Origin: the human T2T-CHM13v2.0 reference genome, Homo sapiens
DNA length: 64,000 nt
Strand: one strand, 5' to 3'
Assembly (NCBI RefSeq): GCF_009914755.1
Contig: NC_060929.1
Shown: positions 43,312 to 58,760 of the stretch, one piece after another
Numbering within the stretch: position 1 is the first letter of the stretch
Layout of the letters: the number at the start of each line of letters is the position of its first letter
Notes under the pieces: generated by a model
The model's database searches: none
What the model was told of the DNA's origin: nothing
The model's input: the letters and a program-made list of their open reading frames with translations, nothing else
Program-made: the position numbers and the translations under genes

Positions 43312-46300
43312 CTACAACATCCTAAATCCCGGAGCTTGGTCTACAGGGTGGGATTTCCTGTAGATGATCAAATCTATTTGCCCGATGAGGGGGTCTTTAC
43401 CTCTTACAGCATCCTGCTTTATTTTTAAAAAGCTTTTTTGTTTTTCTTGTTTGGTGGCAAGAAATGACATTAATTGAGCACCTGCTGTTCCTAATGTGGA
43501 CTCTGAATTGCACATTACATATTTTATCTCATTTTATCCCCCAAATAGCCTGAGAGGTAGGGATGCCTGTCTCCATTTTACAGGTGAGAAAACTGAGGCT
43601 TAATCAATTTTGTGGCTTGTGACTTGATCTGTCCAATTCTGGCATTCCACACTGTATTTGCTTACATTATATTGACGTTTTCTTTTTCTCATCTTCCTTC
43701 TCCTTACTCCAGGTGCATGTGTGAAGGCTGAAGTCATGACAGTCCTGGTCTTTTCTGTTTCAAGCCAAACTTTCAGCTCTGTAACCTTCCTTTTTCTCAG
43801 AATTGGGGCCATCAAGGTGTTATATAGACAAAACCCTGAAAACATGATTTTCACAAACGTCTTTTCAGCCTCTTAATAAACATGGTTTTCATGAAGTACA
43901 GAGCCTGGCACATAGTCAGAGCTCAGTAAATATTTGTTAAATGGATGATATATACCCGAAATTCCAGAGGAAGCTTAATTTAGCTGTGCAGCATTATTTG
44001 GCATCAGTGATATGATTTGACTGGAGTCCAAAGAGTCCTAAACTCTGGCTCTGATACTCTTAGTCAGCCCCTGGGGAAAATATTTAATGTCTTCAGGGAA
44101 AATACAAGGCAGAAAAATAAGAGAAAAAGTCATTTCTTTCAGTGGTATTCACACGAAATGTCTTGGACCACTGGCCTAGGTCAAACCTATGTTTGCGCAT
44201 AAACCCCACATTCCTGCTTCCTTATGTCCTTATTTATAATGCTACCACAACCATCTCACTTTGCCCTAACTGTGTGTATATGTCTCACTTGGGAAAATTT
44301 TCCCATGCCTCTGACCTTCAGTGTTATTCTGCAGTCTGGTCCTACGGTGAAAGAATGCTTGGCTTAAGCATGGGGGCATCAAGTGGCCCTCAGATGAGTT
44401 ACAGTGTGAAGAATCCAGGGGGATTCTTCAGAGGCTTGAGTGTTGAAGAACAAGCCTATGGGGTTTACTCTGACTGAGGGAAAGCTCTTAGAAGGCCCTA
44501 CATAATCAGCATGCATCCCACGAGTTGGACAGAAGAGCAAATGGCTCTCATTACCTTCAATGCAGCTTTCTTTTTAATCAGATAAATCTCACTGGAGAAA
44601 TGTGTCTTTGCAGAGAATGGAGCCCAGGCTTTTGGACAGAAAGTTTTGGGGAAAAAGATTGCATTAATCAGCAGGCATTGGTCATTTGAGTTTGCAAAGG
44701 CCTGGGAGTATAGATATTGAGGAGACATAGCAGTAGGATAAAAACAGATGAAGACATGATATTAGCTAATGACAGTAATGGCTATCATTCATGATACTTT
44801 ACATATTTCACTGGATTTAATCTTCTCAATACCATGAAGATGACATCATTATCCCCATTTTATAGATGAGGAAGCTGACACTTTCATTTTCAGAAAATTT
44901 ACCTGAGGTTATGCAGTTTGTAAGTGGTAGCCCCATGAGACAACTGGTCTCTGAAGCCCATGGTATTAATCACTATAATTTATTGACTCTTCCAAGTGAT
45001 AGTGATTTGCAGAGTCCCTCTGAGAAGCCTCTCTGGTTCGTGATATAAATGTTTCCCCATAACTCTGGAATTATAACTGAGAATTTTGGAGCTCCGGGAA
45101 TTGGAAAATATAGGTTGGGAACAATGTAATTGATAATCGTTTGCACACATGTAACACTTTCAGTTTTTATGGCACTTCTAAATCCATCACTACATTTGAT
45201 CCTCATACCAGCGCTGTGACAACATCTCCATGTCCAGGTGATGACACTGAGGCTCGATTGAAAGGTAGGAGGCCTGCTCAGTCTCAGATGGTAGAACCAT
45301 AACATAACTGGAGCGCTCCAGGTCTGATCTGGGTTATCTTCTGCTTGACTCTTTGGCCATTCCCCAGAACCAATCACGGTACGGACAATACCTTCTTGAC
45401 TGTTTATTACATCATTTCTGTCACACTTCCTCTGTAGTCAACTTGCCTTTTGTTTTACCCTTTTCTCAGTTAGCTCATCTTGAAAATACTATCTGCCTTT
45501 AGAATGGCAAAGGATCACAGTAATTTTACAGATGCTATGGAAATAAACTTTCATTTCTCAGGTTAGTCAACTTTATTCATTAGGTACTTTTAGATGCTGA
45601 TAATCTCATTTTAGATAGCATTAGTTTATTATTTCATTTACTTATTTACTTAAAATAATTAGGAAGTGCCTATTATATTGTCAGAGATTATAGTAGGTGT
45701 TAGAGGAGGTTACAAATAAAATAATAACAGCCAGCCCTTATTGAGTGGTTATGAAGTACTGTACCAGGCATTACACCAAAAGCTTTATTTACAATACTTA
45801 ATCCTCAAAATAACCCTTTGAGTTGGGGTGTAATTACCTCTGTTTTTCTGATGAGAAAAGTGAGGTCCATAGAGATTAAATAATTTATCCAGGTTCACCT
45901 GACCTTACAAACTTCTCTCTTAACTATATTAATGATGAATGTGCAATAGCCATTGCTTTCCAGGGGCTCTCAAACTAGTAGAGGAAAACTTATATGAGAA
46001 CAAATAAGTGCTTTAATGTCCAAAGCCATTAGAAAAAACATATCACTTTTCCCTTCCAAGTCTATACTAGTGCAATCTCAGAGTGGAAAAAAAAGCCAAG
46101 CTGCAATGGACCCATAGGAAATGCATCAGCAAAACTATAGTATTTATTCCAGAGAAAACAGAGTTTTCATAGGAGTGGAGCTGGGATGTGTGTGGTCTTC
46201 AAGTATCCAAAGACTATGATTCAAAGGAGGATGTTCAGAAAATAAACAATCCTCAGTAGGCACTGAGGAAGAAATGATTTTAAATTGTAGAAAGGGCAAT

Positions 46301-48164
46301 TTGGATTAAAACCTGAAGCTGCCTTTAATAAATGGAGTGACTGGTCTTCAGAAAGTGAGCACTTAACTGTGAGTTGATAGGGTTTAGCTGAAGTGGGTAT
46401 TTGCATGTAAATACAGAGTTTTAGGGACTCTCCAGGGCTCTAATAATGCTCTCTAAATAGCCTTTGTTGATTCCCTTGAATCCTCTAAGACAGAGTCAGA
46501 GCTGCAGCTATGCTCAGTGGGGTGGAACTTCTTTGTTTCACTCAGCAGGTTCCAAAGTCTTGGGCAAGAAGTGAGTAGTAGAGTCGTAGAATTACGAGAC
46601 CTAGTCATCCTGTGCATTAAAAAAGACATTCATTGATCACCTGCTATAAATTAATAAATGTATATTATACCCCTGCAAGACTATCATCTCCATTTTATAG
46701 ATAAGAAAACTGACTCAGAGATTAACTGAGAATAGCAAAGGCTACTACCAATGACCAAATGCTTTCTAGGTGCCATCCACAGTTAAGAACTGTTCCATAC
46801 AGGCTTTCTAATCTTCCCAACAACTTTATGAAACATCAAGCATTTTCTTTTCTATTTTTCAGATGAGAAAACTGAGACTTGGGGAGATTGACTGACTTAA
46901 TCAAGGTGACTTAGTGGCAGAGCTGATACATAAATCTAATCGAGGTGAAATTTTGGCGCAAGTTTTGGAGCAGCTGTTCAAATCTGCTAAAACAGCTCAC
47001 TCAATTCAAATATGCATGGTTTTAAGTTTCTACTCTTCTGTGGTTTAGTATAAGCTTCTAGAAGGAATATTTACTTAGGAGAATTCAGGAAAAGTATCAT
47101 TGACACCTTGTGGGACTTAACGAGATGGAAGGAAGAGTGATGGATGATGAAGAAACAACAAGGCTCTGTGGCCAATGCCCCTTTACCCTTTCAGGATAAA
47201 GGAGCTCTAGGGTCGTTGCTGAGGTTTTCTTCTCTTCTTGGGATTTCTGTCCTTTTTACCCTGTACCTTCAAGATCCTCCAGCAGGTCACCCCTTTCTAA
47301 CACACAGGGGGACCAAACGGGATCCTGAGTCCCACTGCTTTCTGCTGCTTGTTGCGTGTCTCAGAGGCAAAGAGAAGCAACCTTGGAAATGCGACAAGCT
47401 GTGGATGTGGAGTCAGAGATTCTGGGTTTGATTTCTATCTGTTGCAATTCTTCCTTGTATGATCTTGGGCAAGTCCTTTACTACACGTAACCACCAGCTT
47501 CCTCATCCATAGCGTGTAGATAGCTCCTGCTCTAACTTTTAAATTACTATTTAAAATAATGTGGAAGAAAGCATAAGAACTTGTTTTTTGGCTGAAAAAG
47601 GGCATGCTCCAGGGCTAAGCACATGGACTCTGGCCTCAAATCAGGCTCTGGCTTTTGCTAGCTGTGCAGCCTTGGACAAGTTACTTATTCTGTCTAAATC
47701 TTTGTTTCTGCATCTGTAAAATGAGGGTGATAGTAGTTGTTGGTCGTAAGCTTGTTGTAAGGAATAAGCATTCTTTTACAGTGCTCACTTTGGTGTGTGG
47801 CACAGTGTAAATGTTCAATACAATTTTTATTGATTCAAAGAGAGTTGGCAGATCTAGGCTTTGTGATGGGGGATGAATATATGAACTTCCAGAAGCTTTT
47901 TGTGCTTTATATTGGAATCTAGAAGGGCCACCCACTCTGACCCTAGAAGAGTACCACAGCAATCTCAGGTAGTTCTACTATGCTCTTAGTAATTTATCTG
48001 TTATGTAGTAAATTAATAGTATTACTTTGGCATTTCAGTCAATAGGATTAAGACGATCTGATGGTAACAGAGCAGTAATTGCTGCTGCACATATGGAAAC
48101 TGTCCAGTGGCAAAAACTATTTTTTCACAAGCTGGCTGGTTGCCCTCAGACCAGATTCTTTCAA

Positions 48165-48625
48165 CTCTTAAAAAAATAACATTTTCCTCTGATGATTAAA
48201 GCAAAAAATGCACATTGGGAAAATACAATGAGGTTCAAGGAAAAAAATGAAAACCCACCTAGAAAACCCATTATCTAGATATCTACTGTTAACATATTGC
48301 TAAATTTCTTCCAGGTTTTTTTCCTCTACAGATCATAATGAGTGTTGTTTCCTCTTTATTTTTGACTGAAGATTCTAAATGAGCATTTTCTATTGCTATT
48401 AAATCTTTAGAAACACAATTTTAAATGACTGCATATGCCAGTGTGTGGCTGGCATATGCAGTCATTTAAAATTAGTATTTATTTTGCTCTCCCACAATTG
48501 ATAGGCATTTATATTATTTTCAATTTTTAGCTATTATAAATTATGCTGGAAAAACCCCCTTGGTCACAAACCTCTGTTCATGTCCTAGAAGCAAAATTGC
48601 TGAGTCAAAGCTAGAAATATTTCTG
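48165..48625 (-). mobile_element. Old L1M (L1ME-like) 3' fragment
   Basis: actgttaacatattg...ttgataggcatttatattattttcaatttttagctattataaa...tcctagaagcaaaattgctgagtcaaag. Confidence 0.65.
48417..48473. repeat. Perfect 25-bp inverted repeat with 7-nt loop
   Basis: aattttaaatgactgcatatgccag - tgtgtgg - ctggcatatgcagtcatttaaaatt. Confidence 0.97.
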
Positions 48626-49389
48626 AGGCAGAAAGGCCATAGCAGAGTAAAGGAGCCCCTTCCAACCCCCCAGGACCAGCAACTTGGCTGTCATTGAAAA
48701 TTAATTCTTCATAAGGCAGTGTGCTAGGGGCAAGGGCTGAAGTCAACGGTGAGTAAGTAAAAGTTGAAAAGGAGAGAGGTGACTGCTTCCACCTTTTCCC
48801 TTTTCCTCCACTGACTCACATTGCCCATGAAATTGTAGACATTGGAACGTGCTGGAGGGGAGAAAGCGAGCTCTTAGTGACAGATTGTTCAGAAGCCCAA
48901 CATTGCTTCGTGCTTTGCATTTCCTTTTCTGTTAAATTGCCCTGCATATGTCTTCTGCCTGTGTCATATTCATTTTTTTAAATCCCTGAAAGTACTTACA
49001 TTTTGCAAGCATTCCCTAAATGCTCGAAATGGGGGGTGGGATAACATGGTGGACTCAAATCTGATTCTGCCGTTTATTAGCGGGTTCTGATTTATTAGCT
49101 GTGTGATCTTAGGCAAGTCACTTAACACTTTCAATTTGTTTCCTTATCAGTAAAATAAGGGTAATAATAGGGATACTTTCTATAATTGTTTGGCTAAGTA
49201 AGAAAATACATATCAAGTGAGAACTGCAGTGCCAGGCACAGAGAAACTACTGAGTATGTTAGCAATTATTACAAATAAAAATAAGGTTCAAATAATCTGC
49301 ACTAAAATCTTATGCCAGCCTAAGTTTAACCTAATAATTCTTAAGAACTTAGAAAAATCCGAAGACTGAAAGAGTCAGGAATGCAGGAA

Positions 49390-50050
49390 ATACCGGATGT
49401 GGGCTGTACTTCACATCTTGGCTAATTTATTATATTTAGTTGTAGGTCCTGCATTTTAAGAGGGACATTAACAGGCTGGAGCAGGTCCAAAAGGGAACAA
49501 TTGGGCTGGTAAACAAACTTGAAATTGACCTGTAAGGAATAATTAAAGACTCTGTGGGTGTTTGGCTCAGAGAAGACTTAGGCAGAAGGGATCGGTCCAT
49601 TGGGCTGTTGGGGGAAGAGGGACCCAACTTAATAAAATAATTTTTTTGAGTATTTTTATTTTCCAGACATCGAGCTTTGCAAATATTATTTATTTTTTCT
49701 TCTCCAAAACACTACATGAGGTATGTATTTGTGTATCTATTGTACAGATGAAGTAACAGGCACAGAGGCAGAAGTGACTTGGTTGAGAGTTAACGTGGTT
49801 AATAGGTGGAATGGTAGGAATGGAGCCAGGTCTTTCTAATTTTATAGTTTGAGTACCTTCTACAGCCCACTGACTTGTTCCAAGTGACTAGGGAAGACCT
49901 GTCGGACTTTTAAAGAGCAAGATGGCTGCCTGATACATGTGAGGAAAGAATATTTAGACCATTAGAGCCATCCAACAATGGAAGAAGCTGCCTGAGTAGA
50001 TGATGAGTTTCTTGTCACTGGAAGTATTCAAGGAGAGGCTGAACTTCTCT
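49390..50050 (+). mobile_element. L3/CR1 relic interrupted by MIR
   Basis: gcattttaagagggacattaacaggctggagcaggtcca..., gtgtttggctcagagaagacttagg, gagtttcttgtcactggaagtattcaagg. Boundaries approximate. Confidence 0.65.
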
Positions 50051-53000
50051 GCTCAGTAGCATGCTGTAAGGATGACAGCTGAGGAGTGGGCTGGAACTGT
50101 GACTTTATTACTTACTTGGGTGTTCTGGAAAGTTGCTTAACTTCTCTGAGCCTGTTTCTTCATCTATAAACTAAGAATATGGCCTAATTTTAGAAGACTT
50201 ACAAAAAAAAAATACAGATAAATTGTTTAGCCAAGAAGCTGGTATACAGAAGTTGCTCTTTATATATTAAGCGAAAAATTATCTATAATCTTTCTATTTG
50301 TATCTGTGGCTCTCATTTATTTGGCGACACTGTCTACTCACTTCTTCACTGGGAAAAATTTTAGACTTGGAGAGGTCACCTCCTAGGTGAGTATTTTACT
50401 TCACTTCTGCAGTGGCAGGTACATGCTAATTTCTGTCCCCTTAGGCAAATGACAGGTTGGACTTTAAAACAGGGGCAGTGGAATAAACAAAAGGAAGAAT
50501 ATTCAAACTGAAATGTTAAGCAATAGAATAGACATTATTGGGAGAAAGATTAGAACCACACAGCTAATAAATCATGTCACCCTATGGATCAAATATCAGA
50601 TGGGTTTGAGGAGCCCACTATATGCCCAGCACTGTGCCATATGCATTAGAGTTCAATCAATCGGAGGCACTGTCTTTGTCTACAAAAGTCTCAAGGCCTG
50701 GGATGGCCCAGACAGTTGTGAAAAGATTAGCTGATAGGACTGAGTATTATTCTGTGCTAAATCTTTTGGTTTGGATTGCAGCCCCTGGGCAATTAGGGAA
50801 GGGATGCTCAGAGGCAAGAGATGGAGAAGATGACCTTGGAAGGTCTCTTTCTTGCCTGGGATTTTCTCCTTTTGATGATGCCCAGGATTCTTTCTAGCAG
50901 GCACAATGCTGTAATGTTGCAGTTGTGGCTCCCTTGGGCACATTCTCTAGTCATTTCCCCAGGACTTTCCCCATAGCCTGGGAATATGCTAATAATTGTT
51001 GTCCATAATCTGGCCTGGAGGAGGAAGATGTGGATGAGGAAAAGGAGGAAGAGGTGAGGAAGAGGAGGAAGGGCCGCCCTTCTGAGGGCTCTCTCAGCAG
51101 CCTTCCTTCCTGGGCTTTGAGAACAAGGCAGCATCCTGTCTCCTCCCAGGTATCCATTCAGGCCCCTGTTCTGTAGACATCAGTCTAGGCTCCTACCAAC
51201 ATCAGCCATGGGTCCCACCAGCAGGAAACATGGAGTTAGTTGCATGAAGAGAAAGCTTTTATTGTTGGAATTCTTGATGTGAGGATCCTTCCTTTTCTTT
51301 CAACAAGATAAGCAGATTCCAACTGCTTTGGAAAATATCTTCCTTTCTCTATCCTCTTGTTTCTTCCTCCTGTCATCATTCCTCCTTAACCTTTGCTTCT
51401 TCCCTCCTACATTCTTTTTCCCTTCTGGTTTCTCTACCTTATTCCTTTTCCTTCATTTGTTTCTGAATCCTAGGATGATGGAGTTGAGGGAGGTCTTAGA
51501 AGTCCTCTAGTACAGTGTACTCATTCATTTTACAGATGAGAAGAATGCATTTCCAAGACAGAAAGAGACTCACAGAATGAGTCCTTGGTGGAACCCAGAG
51601 TAGACCTGAGTTGAGTGCTCTTCCCTCTTTATTACTCTGCTTATCTCCACATTTCTCTCCCCTTTCTTGTTTTTTTTTTAAATTGTTCATTTTATTTCTT
51701 GCTCAATACTCTTTCTTCTCGTTTGTTGCTTCTTAATCCCATAATGTTAAATGAAAACAAAATCAGGATTTTGGGTAGAAGAACTGAAAGGGAAGTGTGT
51801 TGTCAAGTTCTTCCCATTGTGGCTGTGATTTGGGGTGAGCCCCTCAATTTTCCTCCTCAGAGTCTCTATCTACTTTCTCCATCCTACCCCGCCATGTCTT
51901 TGGAGGGGTTTGTCCACTGTCTTTCTCCATATGAAGACTTTGAACTTGAATTGCCAAGGTGCCCTAAAGGGGTCCTAGGTTGGTAAGATCACTGCCTTAG
52001 TCCCTTCATTTACAAACTGGAGATGATCATAGTATTTTCCTCACAGGGTAGCTATAAAGATGAAATAGTTAATACATATCAAGTTTTTTGAAAAGTTTCT
52101 GGCATATAGTAGGTTCTAAATATATGTTATTCATATTCGCTGGTATTATTAATTATAAATATTATTTAGAGGGATTTCTGTCCATAAGGAGAAGGGTCGA
52201 GAGTCACAGATGTCATTCTAACATAAGGAGAGAAAAGAAAACTATGAATATAGCTCAAATAGAGACTCAGCAAATTACACAAAGGGTGACCTGATCTCAG
52301 CTGTGCTCTGCTTCCTGAATGTGTGCACTTTTTACCCAAAGGCACCATCTTTTCTCCAACCATTTGAATTCAAATTGCAGCCCATGGTCATGACTTACCC
52401 TGAGAAGAAGCTGTTTGGAAGTTAAGAGTAAAGTTAGGCCTTGCTCAGAACTGACACAGTTTAAGAAGTCCTTCTGATACTTTCCATTTTCTCCCAGGTA
52501 GTGTTTAAGATGTGATGACAGAGTGCTGTATTCTCCAAACCAAAATCACTTGCATGTCATATAATAAGTTTTGCCCAATTTATGTACTGTTATTTAATTT
52601 ATTTTTAATTTGATTTTTAGTCTTAAATGTTATCAGTATCATAATGGAATTGGTAAGTTCTGGTCCCTAGTAAAATAAAATAAGAGAAAATTATCCTGTA
52701 CCATTATAGTGTATCTTGTAGACTATTGGTGTAACTCTGATTTGATTTTAGGGAAAGTTGTCATGGTAATAAGAGACTTGGAATTCTCAGTTCTTGTCTG
52801 GGCTGGACATTAATTTACTGTTGACTTTGGACAAGTCCCTTTCCCTCTGGCCACAGTTCCTCCCTGGGAACTGAAACAACTGGGACATGTAATTCTTTCC
52901 ATCTCTAACTTTTTTTTTTTGTCATGAGTAGGAGTATTTTATGAAATTGCACAGTGAATTGGGTAGGGCTCCAGTCACCCTGATGAGAGTATGTACCATC

Positions 53001-54595
53001 CATCACGTTGTTCTGAGCACCCAATTTTATAATATAACTCTAGCCTTCCATTTTCCAGTGACATTTTGCTTCCAGCACAATGACTTCTGTGGGAAAAGCA
53101 ACTTCCATTTGTTCAGAAAATTCTCCTAAATACACGAAATAGTTTCAGCCTCTAGGCTGATTTTTACTTAGAGAAAACAATCAAGACGGCACTGGTTTGG
53201 GTGACTCCAAATGTCTTTCTTTCCTACCTGGTACAGGTTGCCTTTTATTAAGGTGGGCTCTAAGTTTGGTTGAATGCCCATACTCTCTGGCATCCTCTTT
53301 TATTAAAAAATATATTTTCCAGCTTTTCAAAAGTAATATATATTGTTGTAAAACATTCAAGTATTACAGGAATATTTAATGCAGGAAATAAAAGTTCCCC
53401 ATGGTCTCATTCTCAAGAGACAATAACAACTATAAACAGTTTTCAGTCCATTTTTGTAGAATTTTTCCCCATAAGAGAACATTAATACATATAAAAAAAT
53501 AAAAATGGGATCCTACTGTACAGACTGTTTTGCTATTTGCCTTCCCTTCTCTCTCCACTCCTCGTAATCATTCATCCTGGCCATTTTTGACTTTTCTGCA
53601 TGGAATGAGGTTGCCTGCCCATGATACTAACTGGCTGTGTGACTTTGGATGAATCATTTTTCCCCTCAGGGTTTCAGTTTCCTCAACTATAACAAGAAAC
53701 AGTCCTCTCCAACCTGCCCATCTCCTATAATATAAGGCTTAAGGGAGATAATGGAGATGTATGAAAGTGTAGGCACCTTGAGGGTGGAGTTGATAGTAGA
53801 CTGTTATGTGTTACCCTCTCTTGCTTTATTGGGTTTATAGCACTTACTAGGTCCTGCAATTCTATAGTTTCTCTATTTGTTTAGTTGTTTGTACCCCCCA
53901 CTAGAAGTTAAGGTGTGTTAGAGCAGGGACCATGACTCTGTTCCTCAATGTATCTATCCCCAGAACTTAGAACAACTCCTGGTTATCGTAGGAATTAATA
54001 AATATTTTTTGGATAATGAACAAATTATTCTCTCTCAGCCAGGCTTCTAATTGATAGAAAGCCCATTGGGAGAGAATAGGGCAGAGCAGGACTGGGCTGA
54101 GCCAACATAACAGGGTGGATGCCTGGCCTACCCAGTGGCCTTGAGCTCAACATCATTCAGCTTGACTGTTCTGCAAGCCTTTTTCCTTTGTTTGCCTCAC
54201 TCTCCTGATACTCTTTGCCTACCTGGTAAATTAGTCATTCTTTATGGCCCAGTTTAATTATCCTGAGTCATGTGAAATGTCTTCAATTTATACCATCTCC
54301 CACCTCCAGACAGAGTTAATCAGGCTCTTTTGTATGCTCCCACAACACTTTGCACCTATCCTACTTTAATTATAGTAATAGTGGTTTTCCTGCTTTTTAC
54401 ACTTGTTGCTTGCCATATGCAATGCCAACTATATGCCCTCTCCCTTTTAATACTTATGATAATCTGTCAGGAAGGGATAATTATAATTCCCATTTAACAG
54501 ATGAGGAAAATCGAGGCTTAGCAATTTTAAAAATAATCTTGCTCCAAGGCATACACATAGCAAGTAGTATAACTAGGATTTCGGAATATGTATGA

Positions 54596-54920
<325 letters not shown>

Positions 54921-57900
54921 CCAAGCTAGAGTTTTTAACTGCTGGGCCTTCAATATGCCAACTTAATTTAAGAATTAGGCAATGACAGCTGGAATGACCT
55001 GTAGTCTTTACATAGTTCTGTCTCATTTTAGGCATGGAAAAGCTGAGACTAGTTACAAAGTTAGAGCAGAATTTGCAGGGGAAGGAAAATCTTGCTCTAA
55101 TATCTAGGCTGTCCAATTTTGGGCAGCATGGAGCATTACATTTTTTTCTGGGCCGTATCACCTCCTTTTTTCAGTAGGCATAGCTTTTTACAGTCCAAGC
55201 CATATTCAATACATTTATTCAAGCACCCTCTCTCTGGGCATGATGCAGTCTCTTATTTGGCTCCTGTGAAGACTGTTTTTTTTTTTTTTTTTTTCTACTA
55301 GATGTTTTAGGTCACATTGAGGAAACTACCTTTAACTGAGGTAAGTCCATACTTTCTTCATATTTAAAATTATTTTAGAAAGTTTTCCTTGTCTTATGGA
55401 AGGGGCTTCTCTGCAGGACTTGGTGATGGTGAAGAGCAACCTTATCTGCAATGGCTCAGATGTTTTGAGAGGCCCAGAGTTTGGACATGCCCTGTCAGAG
55501 AGCAAGGGAAAGGTTGAGCGAGCAACTCACTGCAACAGCTACGGAGCCAGGGCTGCGCTGCCATATCTAGCTCACATTCTCACTGTGACTCATTTCTTGG
55601 AGCAGAAAGTGGTCATGGTGAGATACAGCAGTGCTTTAGGGTTGGTTGTTTGGAATCTTTCAGGTCCTGGGCTTCTGCAGAGCCAATAGAAGGAGGATGG
55701 GAGCAGGCATTTGGGGACAAAGCAATTTGATTTAACAAACACTGAGTGTTTGATATACATGAACCCCTGGGATGACATTATCTATGAGGGGGTAGTGGAG
55801 TAAGCTGAAAACTCTGAAAAGCACCAGGAGATGTTTCTCTTTTCTTCCTGTTTGCTTTTCACATGCATCAAGAAATTCATTAAGCTCTAATCTTTGAGGG
55901 GCTTACAATCCAACAGGAAAGCTAGAGGGACACCCAAATGTATGTAAGGTCCCTTTAAACAAACTGAGTGCTAAGGATAATGCCTATATTTCCAAGAGGA
56001 TTTAGGAAGAAGAGTCCGTGCCCAGCTGGGGCTAGGTATAGAGGCAATCCAGGGACAATTCATGGAGGAAATGATGCTAGAGATGGGTCTTAAGGCATGG
56101 ATAGCATCTCAGAGAGAAGGAGAGGAAATTACCGTTTGTTAAGGGATTGTGCTCTGATAGGAAAATGTGTTTGAAGTGGGACTTCGTGTATCTATCAGTG
56201 AAGTTGTTATTCTCAGTTTTTAAGATGAGGAACTTGAGGCTCAGAAAGATTGAGCAAACTGCCAAGACCATACAGCAAGGAAGTAACATAGGCAGGATTC
56301 AAAATCAGATGAGTTTGAACCTAGAGCTGGTTGGTGTGTCTTTTACACCAGAGTGAGGGGGAAGTTTTCCAGATTTATGGAGAGTATAGGGCACAACATG
56401 AGTTACAATACAGAGGTGAGACTTATGGATGTACTGCTTATGGACAATGAGAAATCCATTTTGGGTTGGAATTCAGTTTGTGTGAAGTAAAGGAGTTGTA
56501 AATAGCAGTGGGGGCTGTGTGCGGCAAGCTGAGAGTTTCGTATTATGTTAAAACCTGGCATTTTCAAGAGAAGGGCAGCACAACTGCAAAAATGCATGAG
56601 GTAGATCCATATGCACACTGACAAGATATTCCTGAGTGATAAAAGAGAAGTTGCCAAACATGGTGTTTAGAATAATCCCATTTTTGTAAAACAGAAGCAG
56701 CTTACTACAGTAGCACAGCAGCTAAAGGCTCTCTGAAGCCACACTTCCTGGATTCCAATCCCACACTGACACTTCCAAGCTGGGTGATCCTAGGAAAATG
56801 ATTTAACCTCATCTGTACAATGAAATGAATAATAGTATATGATTTATAGGATTGTTCTGAAGGTTACATGGGTTAAGTTCTATCCAGCTCTTAGAAAGGT
56901 GTCAGGCACGAAGGAAGCACTCATGTTTTTGTTATTATTATGTTATTAAAACCATTTAGGAGGATAATATCAAACCGTTAAGTGATTTATCCTAGGAAGT
57001 AAGATTTACATGTATTTTAGTTTCAAACATATCTCCCTATGCTGTTTAATATTTTACAACAAATATGTATTTGTAGTGTAAAAAACAAAATAAAGGAAAA
57101 CAAAATGACAAACCAGCAGGTCTATTTTAAGAGTTGATATTAGGAGACTTTATTTCTATTGTATTCTTTTTCTCTAATAGCAATAGGGCTTGTAGGGACA
57201 CATTGGAAAGTGTCTCTGGTGTCACTCAGAGAGCTATTGAAAACAGATGTCTGAGACAGCATTGCCTGAGTTTCCCACAGGCCATGTCAGGGGTGATGCT
57301 GACGGCTATTATGGAGGGCTGGCCCTTTCTGCTCCCCTTGCCTTGTCTGGGCTGGATGTGGTTTTCTGGCTTAGAGATGTTAAGAGAAACCTGCTTTGAA
57401 GGTCTGCTTTGGGAGTGGTAAATCTGGGGCATGCGGTGAGACCTTTAGTGCTTGAGGTGGGGCACATACAGAAGATAAGGGAGACTGGGTATACTCCTGT
57501 GTGTCTGGGGGTTAGAGAACACAGCTAAAAATGTCTTTGGTCTGAGTATAAGGGACCAAGACTTTTAAAAATTCTCTTCTTGGGCCAGAGACTATGCTGC
57601 CCTTCTTCTTGACCTCCTGATTCAGTCAGAAATTCTCCCCCACATTCCTAGCTAGCTTTCTCAATGAAATGATCTTGGTCAAAAGGCAGGTGGGACAAAG
57701 GAGAAAGGACGTTCAGTGGCTGACCATCTCTACCCCTTGTCAGAGCTCTAACCACACACTTTATAATGGGGGTGGGAGCTAGTGCAATTTCTCTTGTACG
57801 TCAAGGATAGAGATTGAGAGCTCGTATCTACTTACAGATGCATGTTAATAACTTTTTAACTATCCAGAACCACCTGCAAGAGATTAGCTCTTGATTTTCT

Positions 57901-58329
57901 AGAGAGGCAAATTCATATCTTTCGTCTCTCTCATCCAGTCTAGTCTCCTCCTTCCTCCTCCCTGGTTCATTCTTAGAGTAATAGTGGCAGGGTAATGGTG
58001 AAAGGAGTGTTTTCTATAGTCACACCCAATTTTGAATCCTAGCTCTGCCTTTTACTAGTTGTCTTACCTTTGGCAAGTTACATAACCTCTTTATGTATCA
58101 GTCTTGTCTCCTGTAAAATGGGGATAGGATAGTACTTTTATAATAGAACATAATAGTATTTTTTTTGAGAATTATGAGGTAGGGTATATGATGTTGTTAG
58201 CATAGTATCTAGCATTCAGTAAACACTCAATAAATGCTAATGATTATTTTTAATGAGTTGTTGCAGTTGGGGCTGAGATGGGGCATCCTGAGGGAAGGCA
58301 GAAGAGAAGGCTCAGGAAGAAAGGAATAT

Positions 58330-58760
58330 CTGTTTGCAGTTATCTATCAACATATAAGATGCATTTTTTCTGTACCCCAGCAGTTTCATTCCTAGTTCTT
58401 ATTATCTACTTGGAGAAATACCACATGTTTTCATAAAGTTGTAGGTACACTGTAATTATTGCAGCACTGATTGCAGTGGGAAAATTAGAAAAAGTATAAG
58501 TGTTCATCAATAGGGGATGGCTAGAAAACAATGGGACATCCATAACATAAAATGCTCTGCAGTGGTTAAAAGAATGAAGTAGAACTGTATGCTTCAACAG
58601 GTAAGGCTTCCCAAGACATGTTAATATGTGAACAAAACAAATAGTAAATTACATAGAAAATATGATTCCATGAAATGATTGTATATTTCAATGGTTATAT
58701 ACATGTGTGTATGTAATGTATATGTAATACATATATATATATATATATATATGAATAAAA
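58330..58760 (+). mobile_element. Old L1M 3' fragment ending in (TA)n
   Basis: accccagcagtttcattcctag...tgttcatcaataggggatggctag...gcagtggttaaaagaatgaagtaga, with a (TA)n run at about 58730-58752. Confidence 0.65.

Noticed and set aside
48745-48762. Plus-strand gtgagtaagt resembling the exon-3 donor
   Set aside because: Wrong strand for GLRA1 and no upstream exon-3 homology. Probably chance.
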